A DNA stretch of 64,000 nt from Candidatus Parcubacteria bacterium (GTDB lineage: Bacteria > Patescibacteriota > Patescibacteriia > Patescibacteriales > UBA12075): contig PKTK01000001.1 in assembly GCA_002869165.1 (NCBI GenBank), positions 318,005 to 382,004 of the forward strand, in the 5' to 3' direction. The position numbers and the translations under genes were made by a program. The notes under the pieces were generated by a model, which saw nothing but the letters and a program-made list of their open reading frames with translations, had not been told where the DNA came from and made no database searches. Positions 55,855-62,880 of this stretch are shown here, piece by piece. Position 1 is the first letter of the stretch; the number at the start of each line of letters is the position of its first letter.

Positions 55855-57099
55855 ATGGAAGTAGAAAAAGTGGAAAGTGATTACAGGTTTCATTTAAAAG
55901 ATGCAATTTTGGGAATGCAGATGTTATTTGTTGCTTTTGGAGCCTTAGTTTTGGTGCCTTTGATAGTTGGCCTTAATTCAAGCGTGGCATTATTCACAGC
56001 TGGAATAGGTACTTTAATTTTTCAAGTATGCACTAAAGGAAAGGTGCCAATATTTTTGGCATCAAGTTTTGCATTTATCGCGCCAATGATATACGGTATT
56101 CAAAACTGGGGAATTCCAGCAACGATGTGCGGGTTAATGGCAGCAGGTTTTCTGTATATTATATTAAGCTTACTTATCATGTATTTTGGCGTAGGTTTTG
56201 TTCACAAAATTTTTCCACCAATAGTTACAGGTCCGGTACTTATGACTATTGGGCTGTTACTGGTTAGTGTGGGAGTTAATATGGCTATAGGAAAAACAGG
56301 AGACGGCGCAGCTGTCTTAGTACCCTACCCTACAGCTATAAGTGTTTCAATGATTACCTTGATTGTGGCTATTTTTGTGGCTGTGTCCAGAAATAAGTTT
56401 CTAAGCTTAATACCGATATTTTCTGCAATTATCGCGGGCTATATTGTTTCAGTATTTTTTGGTTTAATTGATTTTTCAAAAGTAGTTTCTGTTCCATGAA
56501 TTCAAATTCCGGCCTTTACATTACCAGAGTTTAATTGGCAGGCAATTTTGTTTATTGCTCCAGTTGCTATTGCTCCAGCAATTGAGCATTTTGGTGATGT
56601 AATTGCAATAGGTTCAGTAACTAAAAAGGATTATCTTACTGACCCCGGAATAGACAAAACATTGCTTGGTGATGGGATTGCAACTATGGTAGCTTCTTTT
56701 CTTGGTGGGCCACCAAATACAACTTATTAAGAGGTCACAGGAGCAGTGGCTTTAACAAAAGCTGTTAATCCTGCAATTATGACCTGGGCAGCAATATGTG
56801 CAATACTTTTCGCTTTTGTTGGAAAATTGAACGCTGTTTTGGCGACAATCCCGGTTCCAGTTATGGGAGGCATAATGATTCTTTTATTCGGAATCATAGC
56901 ATCGGTAGGAATAGGAAATATTGTTCGAGGCAAGGTAGATATGTCAAAACCAAGAAATATGGTAATAGCTGCTGTACCTCTTGGTTTCGGTATAGGTGGA
57001 ATGATATTCCAGGCTGGAAGTTTTAAATTAGGAGGGATTGCCCTGGCAGGAATTTCAGCAGTAATTTTGAATTTAATTCTTCCAAACAATAAAGAGTAA
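55855..57099 (+). pseudogene. NCS2-family uracil/xanthine permease, interrupted by in-frame TGA (56497-56499) and TAA (56728-56730)
   Basis: Three track ORFs (55855-56499, 56548-56730, 56746-57099) share one frame and together give a colinear ~414-aa permease (...AIEHFGD...GGPPNTTY*EVTGAVALT...PVPVMGGIMILLFG...). Confidence 0.8.
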
Positions 57100-57106
57100 T
57101 TTAGGC

Positions 57107-57134
57107 AAAAACGGTGATTTTATATCACCGTTTT
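57107..57134 (+). terminator. rho-independent terminator
   Basis: AACGGTGAT-TTTAT-ATCACCGTT followed by TT. Confidence 0.7.
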
Positions 57135-57204
57135 ATATTTGACTTGACATATTATAATATTTATGATATTTTAAAAAATCGCTATTTAAAAAAAGGAGGA
57201 AAAA

Positions 57205-57546
57205 ATGAACAAGCAAAGATCTACACTTATAACGGCTACTAATTTATCATCTTCTCAAATAAGAGGAATGAAATTTAGGGTGAAAAATTTTTTAAACAAG
57301 AAAGTTGGCACAATCAAGGCATTCGAGATTGAAAAGACTAACGAAAGTCTTAATCCTTTCTATAGTTTAAAACAAGCACTTCCAGGGAAGAGAGTTCGGG
57401 TCTGTATAATCGATGAAGGTATGAAAATCATCAGAGTAAAAGATGTTTTGAAGCCTGAAAGTACTAATGATGAAATATGTAGAATTATCAGTAACATGGA
57501 TGTAATTACAGTCATTTCTCCAGAAACATTATTAGAATTTGTATAA
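57205..57546 (+). CDS. hypothetical protein
   Basis: 113 aa. Strong SD (AAAGGAGGAAAAA). Terminator follows. Confidence 0.55.
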   Translation: MNKQRSTLITATNLSSSQIRGMKFRVKNFLNKKVGTIKAFEIEKTNESLNPFYSLKQALPGKRVRVCIIDEGMKIIRVKDVLKPESTNDEICRIISNMDVITVISPETLLEFV

Positions 57547-57552
57547 AGAAGT

Positions 57553-57585
57553 AAACCCTCTATTTTAAAAAGAGGGTTTTATTTT
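57553..57585 (+). terminator. rho-independent terminator
   Basis: AAACCCTCT, 9-nt loop, AGAGGGTTT, T-rich tail. Confidence 0.75.
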
Positions 57586-57592
57586 GAGAATC

Positions 57593-57621
57593 TTGCCAAA
57601 TTTTAAATATCGTGATAATAT
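57593..57621 (+). promoter_or_regulatory. candidate promoter with extended -10
   Basis: TTGCCA (57593-57598), 17-nt spacer, TAATAT (57616-57621) preceded by TGa. The predicted start falls at about the ATG of the leader ORF. Confidence 0.45.
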
Positions 57622-57628
57622 ATTTTAT

Positions 57629-57700
57629 ATGAATAATTTAAACATCAAAAACACAGGAAACTTTTGGTTTTACTTTTACGGATTTAGACGTGAAGGTTAG
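57629..57700 (+). CDS. candidate 23-aa leader peptide rich in aromatic codons
   Basis: MNNLNIKNTGNFWFYFYGFRREG*. It has 4 Phe, 2 Tyr and 1 Trp codon within 8 consecutive codons (57662-57685). No SD, possibly leaderless. Confidence 0.4.
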   Translation: MNNLNIKNTGNFWFYFYGFRREG

Positions 57701-57763
57701 TTTTTGTTGTATAAATTGATTCAAAATTAGAACTGACCTTCAAAGAGATGAAGGTCATTTTTT
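57691..57763 (+). promoter_or_regulatory. candidate transcription attenuator (alternative antiterminator and terminator hairpins)
   Basis: TGAAGGTTAG (57691-57700) can pair over 10 bp with CTGACCTTCA (57733-57742). TGACCTTC (57734-57741) also pairs with GAAGGTCA (57750-57757), which is followed by TTTTTT. Confidence 0.45.
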
Positions 57764-57805
57764 GTTGTTTTAAAATATCTTTTTATCAACAAAAGGAGGA
57801 TAAAC

Positions 57806-57982
57806 ATGACTTTATTTGCAGGTAGAGCAGCCAATCAAAGCTTGTTGGGGATGAAAGAAGAAAGTGAAAAAATACAAGTCGCAAAAAATAAAGAAATGAA
57901 AATAATTAAAACTCAAGGTAGCGCTGATCTGGGTCCTGATATTAAAAAAAAGCAAAAAGAAGTGTTTATTGTTGATATTTAG
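57806..57982 (+). CDS. 58-aa hypothetical protein (not in the ORF track)
   Basis: ATG 57806 preceded by AAAGGAGGA. MTLFAGRAANQSLLGMKEESEKIQ...KEVFIVDI*. An 11-bp hairpin follows. The antisense track ORF 57812-58012 is less plausible. Confidence 0.55.
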   Translation: MTLFAGRAANQSLLGMKEESEKIQVAKNKEMKIIKTQGSADLGPDIKKKQKEVFIVDI

Positions 57983-57987
57983 AAATA

Positions 57988-58014
57988 AGGTGCCTATAAA
58001 AAATATAGGCACCT
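57988..58014 (+). terminator. strong hairpin after the 58-aa ORF (weak U-tract)
   Basis: AGGTGCCTATA-AAAAA-TATAGGCACCT, followed by ATTTAAAA rather than a clean T-run. Confidence 0.45.
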
Positions 58015-58039
58015 ATTTAAAAAGTTAAAAAATTATATA

Positions 58040-58125
58040 GTCATTGTGATTGATTGAATTTTTCAAGAAATTAAACGAATGTCTTCAAATAGATATTGCT
58101 TCGTCACTTCTTTCCTCACAATGAC
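58040..58125. mobile_element. MITE-like element with 10-bp terminal inverted repeats
   Basis: GTCATTGTGA (58040-58049) and TCACAATGAC (58116-58125) flank ~66 bp that includes TGCTTCGTCACTTCTTTCC. It ends 12 nt before the pheA ATG. Confidence 0.55.
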
Positions 58126-58137
58126 TTTTAAATCACT

Positions 58138-58701
58138 ATGAAGATTGGTATTTCGGGAAACAAAGGAAGTTTTTCTGAGGAAGCAGCTAATTATTACTGC
58201 CTAAAAAATAAACAAGAAAATTGTGAATTACAGTTTTTGATTGGCGTAGAAAACGCTTTACAAGCTTTAACAGATGGAAAAGTTGGAAAAGCAATTTTTC
58301 CTATTGAAAATTCGAATGGTGGAGCTGTTATTGAGGCTTTGTATGCAATGGCAAACCATATTTTTATAATTGAAGAAATATTTGAGATTGATGTTAAACA
58401 TAATCTTCTAATAAAACCAGGAACAAATGCTGGTAATATTAAAAAAATCGTATCCCATCCTCAGGCTCTCAAACAATGTCGAATGTATCTAAAAAGAAAA
58501 TGGGAAGAAGTTGAGCTTGAGGAATATTCTGATACTGCCTCAGCTGCTGAGGATTTGAGTACTGGAAAACTCAATCAGGATTGTGCAGTAATTGCTCCTA
58601 AAGTCTGCTCCCCTATCTATGGTCTGGAAATTCTAGAAGAAGATATTCAAGATTTAAAATTTAATTATACTTCGTTTATAAGCGCTACTAGTAAATCTTA
58701 A
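58138..58701 (+). CDS. pheA: prephenate dehydratase, catalytic PDT domain only (no ACT domain)
   Basis: GNKGSFSEEAA, PIENSNGGAV, SHPQALKQC, NYTSF follow the PDT pattern. 187 aa, then several stops in a row. Confidence 0.8.
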   Translation: MKIGISGNKGSFSEEAANYYCLKNKQENCELQFLIGVENALQALTDGKVGKAIFPIENSNGGAVIEALYAMANHIFIIEEIFEIDVKHNLLIKPGTNAGNIKKIVSHPQALKQCRMYLKRKWEEVELEEYSDTASAAEDLSTGKLNQDCAVIAPKVCSPIYGLEILEEDIQDLKFNYTSFISATSKS

Positions 58702-58754
58702 TGATAATCTACAAAGCAAAGCAAACCTGAAAATATTAATATTGATGTTCTTTA

Positions 58755-58886
58755 TCATTCCTGCGGAGGCAGGAATTAAGAAAAGTGCGGTAGATGGTAA
58801 TGTTAATATTTGCAAAGTAATTTTGTTCAATTATAAATTTTAAATATAATTTCATAGTAGGTAGATTCCTGCCTCCGCAGGAATGA
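58755..58886. mobile_element. MITE-like element bounded by a perfect 22-bp inverted repeat
   Basis: TCATTCCTGCGGAGGCAGGAAT (58755-58776) and its exact reverse complement ATTCCTGCCTCCGCAGGAATGA (58865-58886). Each arm is itself an 8-bp-stem hairpin. Confidence 0.65.
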
Positions 58887-58898
58887 ATAAAAAAATAT

Positions 58899-59924
58899 AT
58901 GAAAAATAAAAAAATATTAATAATAGGTTTTTGTAATTTTGGAAAATTGGCTACTAGTATATTGGCTAGAAATTTTGATGTTTCTGTTTTGTCCAGAACG
59001 GTAAACAATGAAGTTAAAAGACAAATAGAAAAATGTGGAGCCAAAATTGCTGATAATAATTCAGTAAAGCAAGCTGATGTTGTTGTTTTGTGTGCTCCAA
59101 TTTCAAAAACTGAAGAAATTATCAAGAAAATTGCCCCAAAAATGAAGGCAGATTCCCTCTTATTTGATACTAGTTCAGTCAAGGTTTTGCCATGCAAGTG
59201 GCTAAAAGAAAATACCAGAGAAGATATCGAAATAGTAGGCACTCATCCAATGTTTGGTCCTACAACATCAAAATTTGATCTTGAAAAACAAAGCTGGCAA
59301 CTTGACGGTTTGCAAATTGTTTTGTGCCCCCTAAGGACAAAAGAAGAAACTTTGGAAAAAATCCGAAGTTTTTTAAATTCCTTGAATTTGAAAATTATTG
59401 AAACAAGCCCAGAAGATCATGATAAGCAAAATGCCAAGACCCTGTCATTTGTTCATTATGTGGGCAGGTCTTTGCTTGCTTCAAATATTGGACATCAGGA
59501 AATATTTACCCCAGGGTACATTGATTTACTATCAATTCTTCCTCACACAACAAGCGATAATTGGCAGTTGTTTTATGATATGAACAACTACAATCCTTAT
59601 TCAGCACCTCTAAGAGAGATATTTCGGGATGCGGGCTTGAAGATAGAGGAAAAAATTATCATGAATTCAAACAAAGAAGAACTAGAGAAGCAAAGAGAAA
59701 TGATAGATTTGATAGATATGCGCATCATGAAATTACTTGAAAGTAGATTAGAACACACAAAGCAAATTGGTGAATATAAAAAGGCTAAAAATATTGATAT
59801 AGTTGATAAAAAGCGTGAAGATGATATTATAAAAAATAAGCAAGAAAAGACAAGTCTTGATGATAAATTTATAAAAAAGTTATATAGACTTATTCTCGAT
59901 GAGTCTTATAAGACACAAGAATAA
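58899..59924 (+). CDS. tyrA: prephenate dehydrogenase fused to C-terminal chorismate mutase (CM type 2)
   Basis: Rossmann start ILIIGFCNFG, GTHPMFGP. The last ~85 aa (QREMIDLIDMRIMKLLESRLEHTKQIGEYK...DKKREDDII) match the AroQ-type CM. Confidence 0.8.
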   Translation: MKNKKILIIGFCNFGKLATSILARNFDVSVLSRTVNNEVKRQIEKCGAKIADNNSVKQADVVVLCAPISKTEEIIKKIAPKMKADSLLFDTSSVKVLPCKWLKENTREDIEIVGTHPMFGPTTSKFDLEKQSWQLDGLQIVLCPLRTKEETLEKIRSFLNSLNLKIIETSPEDHDKQNAKTLSFVHYVGRSLLASNIGHQEIFTPGYIDLLSILPHTTSDNWQLFYDMNNYNPYSAPLREIFRDAGLKIEEKIIMNSNKEELEKQREMIDLIDMRIMKLLESRLEHTKQIGEYKKAKNIDIVDKKREDDIIKNKQEKTSLDDKFIKKLYRLILDESYKTQE

Positions 59925-59932
59925 TAAAATTT

Positions 59933-60060
59933 ATTGTTGCGAGCGAAATGAAGTGTAACGTGACAATCCTGTGAAGGCTATCACTAAAACAAATCATTAG
60001 TATTAATAAACACAAGATTCCCTTCCTCTCCGCTTCGCTCAGGCCGGGAATGACAAAAAG
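59933..60060. repeat. two GC-rich hairpin elements of the same repeat family
   Basis: ATTGTTGCGAGCGAAATGAAGTGTAACGTGACAATCC (59933-59969) and GATTCCCTTCCTCTCCGCTTCGCTCAGGCCGGGAATGACAAAAAG (60016-60060), ending 5 nt before the next ATG. Confidence 0.65.
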
Positions 60061-60065
60061 GAAAT

Positions 60066-61157
60066 ATGCTATCAGAAAATATTAAAAAACTAGAAGAGTC
60101 AGGTATTAGAAAGGTTTTTAAAATGGCTATGTCACTAGACAAGAAAAAGTCTATTAATCTTTCTATTGGTCAGCCTCATTTTGAGGTAAGCAAAGAATTG
60201 AAAGAATTGGCAACTGAAGCAATTAATGATGACTATAACTCCTACTTCCCTACCGAAGGATATTTGCCACTTAGAAAAAAGATTTGTAAAAAGCTAAAAG
60301 AGAAAAATAATATAGACGCTGATGAGGATGATGTAATTGTCACAGCTGGAGTTAGTGGAGCAATACACCTCTTGTTTAGTTCAATTATAAATGAAGGGGA
60401 TGAAGTAATACTACCTGATCCATATTTTGTACTATACGAACAGATTATGAAGTTACTAGGAGCTAAAATTGTGTATCTTGATACTTATCCTGACTTTCGG
60501 ATTAATCCTCAAAAACTCGAGTCATTAATTAGCAATAAAACAAAACTGTTAATTATAAATTCTCCTAACAATCCAACGGGAATAGTTTACTCAGAATCTG
60601 AATTAAAAGAAGTGGCTCAAGTTGCCAGTAAACACGGTTTACTTGTAATGTCTGATGAGATTTATGAAGATTTTGATTTTGATAAGAAGTTTTTTAGTAT
60701 CGGAAGTATATATGATAATACAGTAACTTTAAATGGTTTTTCAAAAAACCTAGCAATTACAGGCTGGCGCCTTGGCTATGCTCATGGTCCCAAAGAGATA
60801 ATTGAAGCTATGAATAAACTACAGATGTATACTTATGTTTGCGCACCTAGTTTTGCGCAACTTGCAGTTTCTCAACTGGATGAAATAAAGACGGGTTTTG
60901 ACTATAGGAAAAATAGAGATTTAGTGCTTGAAAGACTAAAAGATAAATACGAATTCAATATTCCAGAGGGAGCTTTTTATGCCTATATAAAAATTCCAGA
61001 AGGAAAAAAAGATTTTCTTGATCAATTGTACAAAGAAAATGTACTGGTAATCCCTGGGGGTGTTTTTTCTCAAAAAACCGGCTATTTTCGACTATCATTT
61101 GCAGTTAATGAAATGGAGCTCAGAAGAGGATTGGAAGTTTTTAAAAAGTTAGTATAA
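60066..61157 (+). CDS. class I/II PLP aminotransferase (aromatic/aspartate type by context)
   Basis: NSPNNPTG, SDEIY, NGFSKNLAITGWRLGY. Adjacent to pheA and tyrA. Confidence 0.8.
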   Translation: MLSENIKKLEESGIRKVFKMAMSLDKKKSINLSIGQPHFEVSKELKELATEAINDDYNSYFPTEGYLPLRKKICKKLKEKNNIDADEDDVIVTAGVSGAIHLLFSSIINEGDEVILPDPYFVLYEQIMKLLGAKIVYLDTYPDFRINPQKLESLISNKTKLLIINSPNNPTGIVYSESELKEVAQVASKHGLLVMSDEIYEDFDFDKKFFSIGSIYDNTVTLNGFSKNLAITGWRLGYAHGPKEIIEAMNKLQMYTYVCAPSFAQLAVSQLDEIKTGFDYRKNRDLVLERLKDKYEFNIPEGAFYAYIKIPEGKKDFLDQLYKENVLVIPGGVFSQKTGYFRLSFAVNEMELRRGLEVFKKLV

Positions 61158-61284
61158 TAAAATCAAAGACCCTTGTAAAATAATACTAATGTAACAAAGT
61201 TTTGTAGATAAAAAGTAAATTTGACTTTATGATAAATATCTGTTAAATTGTACAAAACAAAAAATTAAATAAGGAGGAGTGTAA

Positions 61285-61617
61285 ATGAGTGAAATGTATA
61301 ATGTTGCATTACGCTATACTATAAAAGCGGGGGGGTATCATGGAATAATTACATGGACTTCATTTGAAAGTAAAGAGGATTTTGACAAGTTTTATACTGA
61401 GAAAATCAGAGAAAATCAGGAAGTTGTCGAAGAAGGAATTTCGGAGGAAAGATGTATGGATTTAACTGCTACAACTCCACTTGCCTGTCGTATAGCAGCA
61501 GCGCATGAGGAAGCAAACTCTTCAGGTGGTGAAATTAGCAAGTTTATTCTTGAGGCCGAGATGCAAAAAGCCGTGTTTGCACACACACAAGATAGAAAAC
61601 GTCTTGGGATTAAATAG
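61285..61617 (+). CDS. hypothetical protein
   Basis: 110 aa. Strong SD (TAAGGAGGAG). Confidence 0.55.
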   Translation: MSEMYNVALRYTIKAGGYHGIITWTSFESKEDFDKFYTEKIRENQEVVEEGISEERCMDLTATTPLACRIAAAHEEANSSGGEISKFILEAEMQKAVFAHTQDRKRLGIK

Positions 61618-61699
61618 TTTATTTTCTTAGCTGGCAAAACATATTTGTCAGCTATTTTTTTAGCCATTTAACAATATAGTAGTCGAATAATTTAAAATA

Positions 61700-61728
61700 T
61701 TGACATTTCTTTTGTTTTAGTCTATACT
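61700..61728 (+). promoter_or_regulatory. sigma-70-type promoter of the cold-shock gene
   Basis: TTGACA (61700-61705), 17-nt spacer, TATACT (61723-61728). This leaves a ~100-nt 5' UTR, as is usual for csp genes. Confidence 0.65.
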
Positions 61729-61836
61729 AAACATTGAAAGTGCCAAATGCGAAGTGCTTTGGTATGTAGTAATATGTGAAGATATAAGTCGGATCTTTAG
61801 TATTTCTACCGATTAAAAATTTATCTTTACATTTAA

Positions 61837-62034
61837 ATGCAAGGAACAATCAAAAAATTGACTGACAAAAATTTTGGTTTCATTTCTACTTCTGAATCTG
61901 ACAAAGATGTATTCTTTCACGCTTCTGAGTTAACTGATGTTAGCTTTGATCAATTAAGTGAAGGCGATGCAGTAGAATTCGAGCTATCTGACACACCAAA
62001 AGGAACTGCAGCAACACAAATCAAAAAAGCGTAA
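61837..62034 (+). CDS. cold-shock domain protein (CspA family)
   Basis: GTIKKLTDKNFGFIS (RNP1-like) and DVFFHAS (RNP2-like), 65 aa. Confidence 0.85.
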   Translation: MQGTIKKLTDKNFGFISTSESDKDVFFHASELTDVSFDQLSEGDAVEFELSDTPKGTAATQIKKA

Positions 62035-62051
62035 ATACTTTTTAGATAATA

Positions 62052-62082
62052 AAAACCCTGGTTTTAAAAATCAGGGTTTTTT
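62052..62082 (+). terminator. rho-independent terminator
   Basis: AAAACCCTG, 11-nt loop, CAGGGTTTT, then TT. Confidence 0.8.
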
Positions 62083-62195
62083 GTTTGACATCATTTTATT
62101 ATATTCCAGGGCAGGATCTCTTGTCTTTCCGTTCTTGCCTGCCGTTAGGCAGGCGGTAAGCGAGCTTCGTGATATATAATACCCTTTGGGTCCAC

Positions 62196-62306
62196 TTTGT
62201 CATGTCGAACGAAGTGAGACATCTATAATGGGTCAAAAAAACATATTTTGCTTTATTTTTTTAAAAACGTATTACAGATCTCTCCTTTCAGTCGAGATGA
62301 CAAAAA
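62196..62306. mobile_element. MITE-like element of the TTTGTCAT.../...ATGACAAAA family
   Basis: TTTGTCATGTCGAACGAAGTGAGACATC (62196-62223) and GATCTCTCCTTTCAGTCGAGATGACAAAAA (62277-62306) in inverted orientation. A further GC-rich hairpin (GCCTGCC-GTTA-GGCAGGC) lies just upstream at ~62132-62149. Confidence 0.55.
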
Positions 62307-62461
62307 TAGCGCTTTAGTTTAAAACTGCATTTTAGCTAATATTTATAATTACCTAATATATTTATGCACCACCGTAATTATATGTAACCGATTTAATTTG
62401 ACATTAAAAAGTTAATATACTAGTATAAATAATCGATCTTAAAAATATAAATGGAGGAAAA

Positions 62462-62866
62462 ATGAATAATTTCAGTTATGCAGTTATTTCCGGTCTATGT
62501 TTTGGTCTCTGGCCACTTTTTGTGAACAAAAGTCTTTTGAGTGGATTTGTATCTGCATTTTTCATATGTCTAGTGAGTATAATAATATTTTTTCCAATGG
62601 CTTGGTCAAGTTTAGGCGAAATAAGAAATGCAAATATTTCCATGGTTCTTGTAGGGTCTGTGTTAAGTGCAATCGGTATAGTTTTTTTGACTCTTATGTT
62701 AGCAAATACAAAGGACAAAGAAGTAAGCATTATATTCATAATTATGATTTGCTTTCAGATTGCTGTACCAGCTATATACCATATATACCTTGAAGGCGGG
62801 ATTAGCTTGAATAAAGTAATCGGATTTATAGGACTGATAGTGACAGTTGTATTTTTGCAAAAATAA
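62462..62866 (+). CDS. small 4-TM membrane protein, function unknown
   Basis: 134 aa, hydrophobic. SD is TGGAGGAAAA. Confidence 0.55.
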   Translation: MNNFSYAVISGLCFGLWPLFVNKSLLSGFVSAFFICLVSIIIFFPMAWSSLGEIRNANISMVLVGSVLSAIGIVFLTLMLANTKDKEVSIIFIIMICFQIAVPAIYHIYLEGGISLNKVIGFIGLIVTVVFLQK

Positions 62867-62880
62867 ACAACGGAGAAGAA

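Noticed and set aside
2248-57099. Alternative genetic code, selenocysteine or pyrrolysine as the explanation for the in-frame stops
   Set aside because: All three stop codons are affected, and all three also terminate ordinary genes in this window. The interrupted positions align with different amino acids (Ser, Trp, Gly/Ser, Asp/Glu). No SECIS-like hairpin follows the single TGA. None of the families involved is known to use Sec or Pyl.
57812-58012. 66-aa minus-strand ORF from the track
   Set aside because: It has no SD, a Phe/Leu-rich low-complexity product, and runs through the hairpin. The plus-strand 58-aa ORF has a consensus SD and a downstream hairpin.
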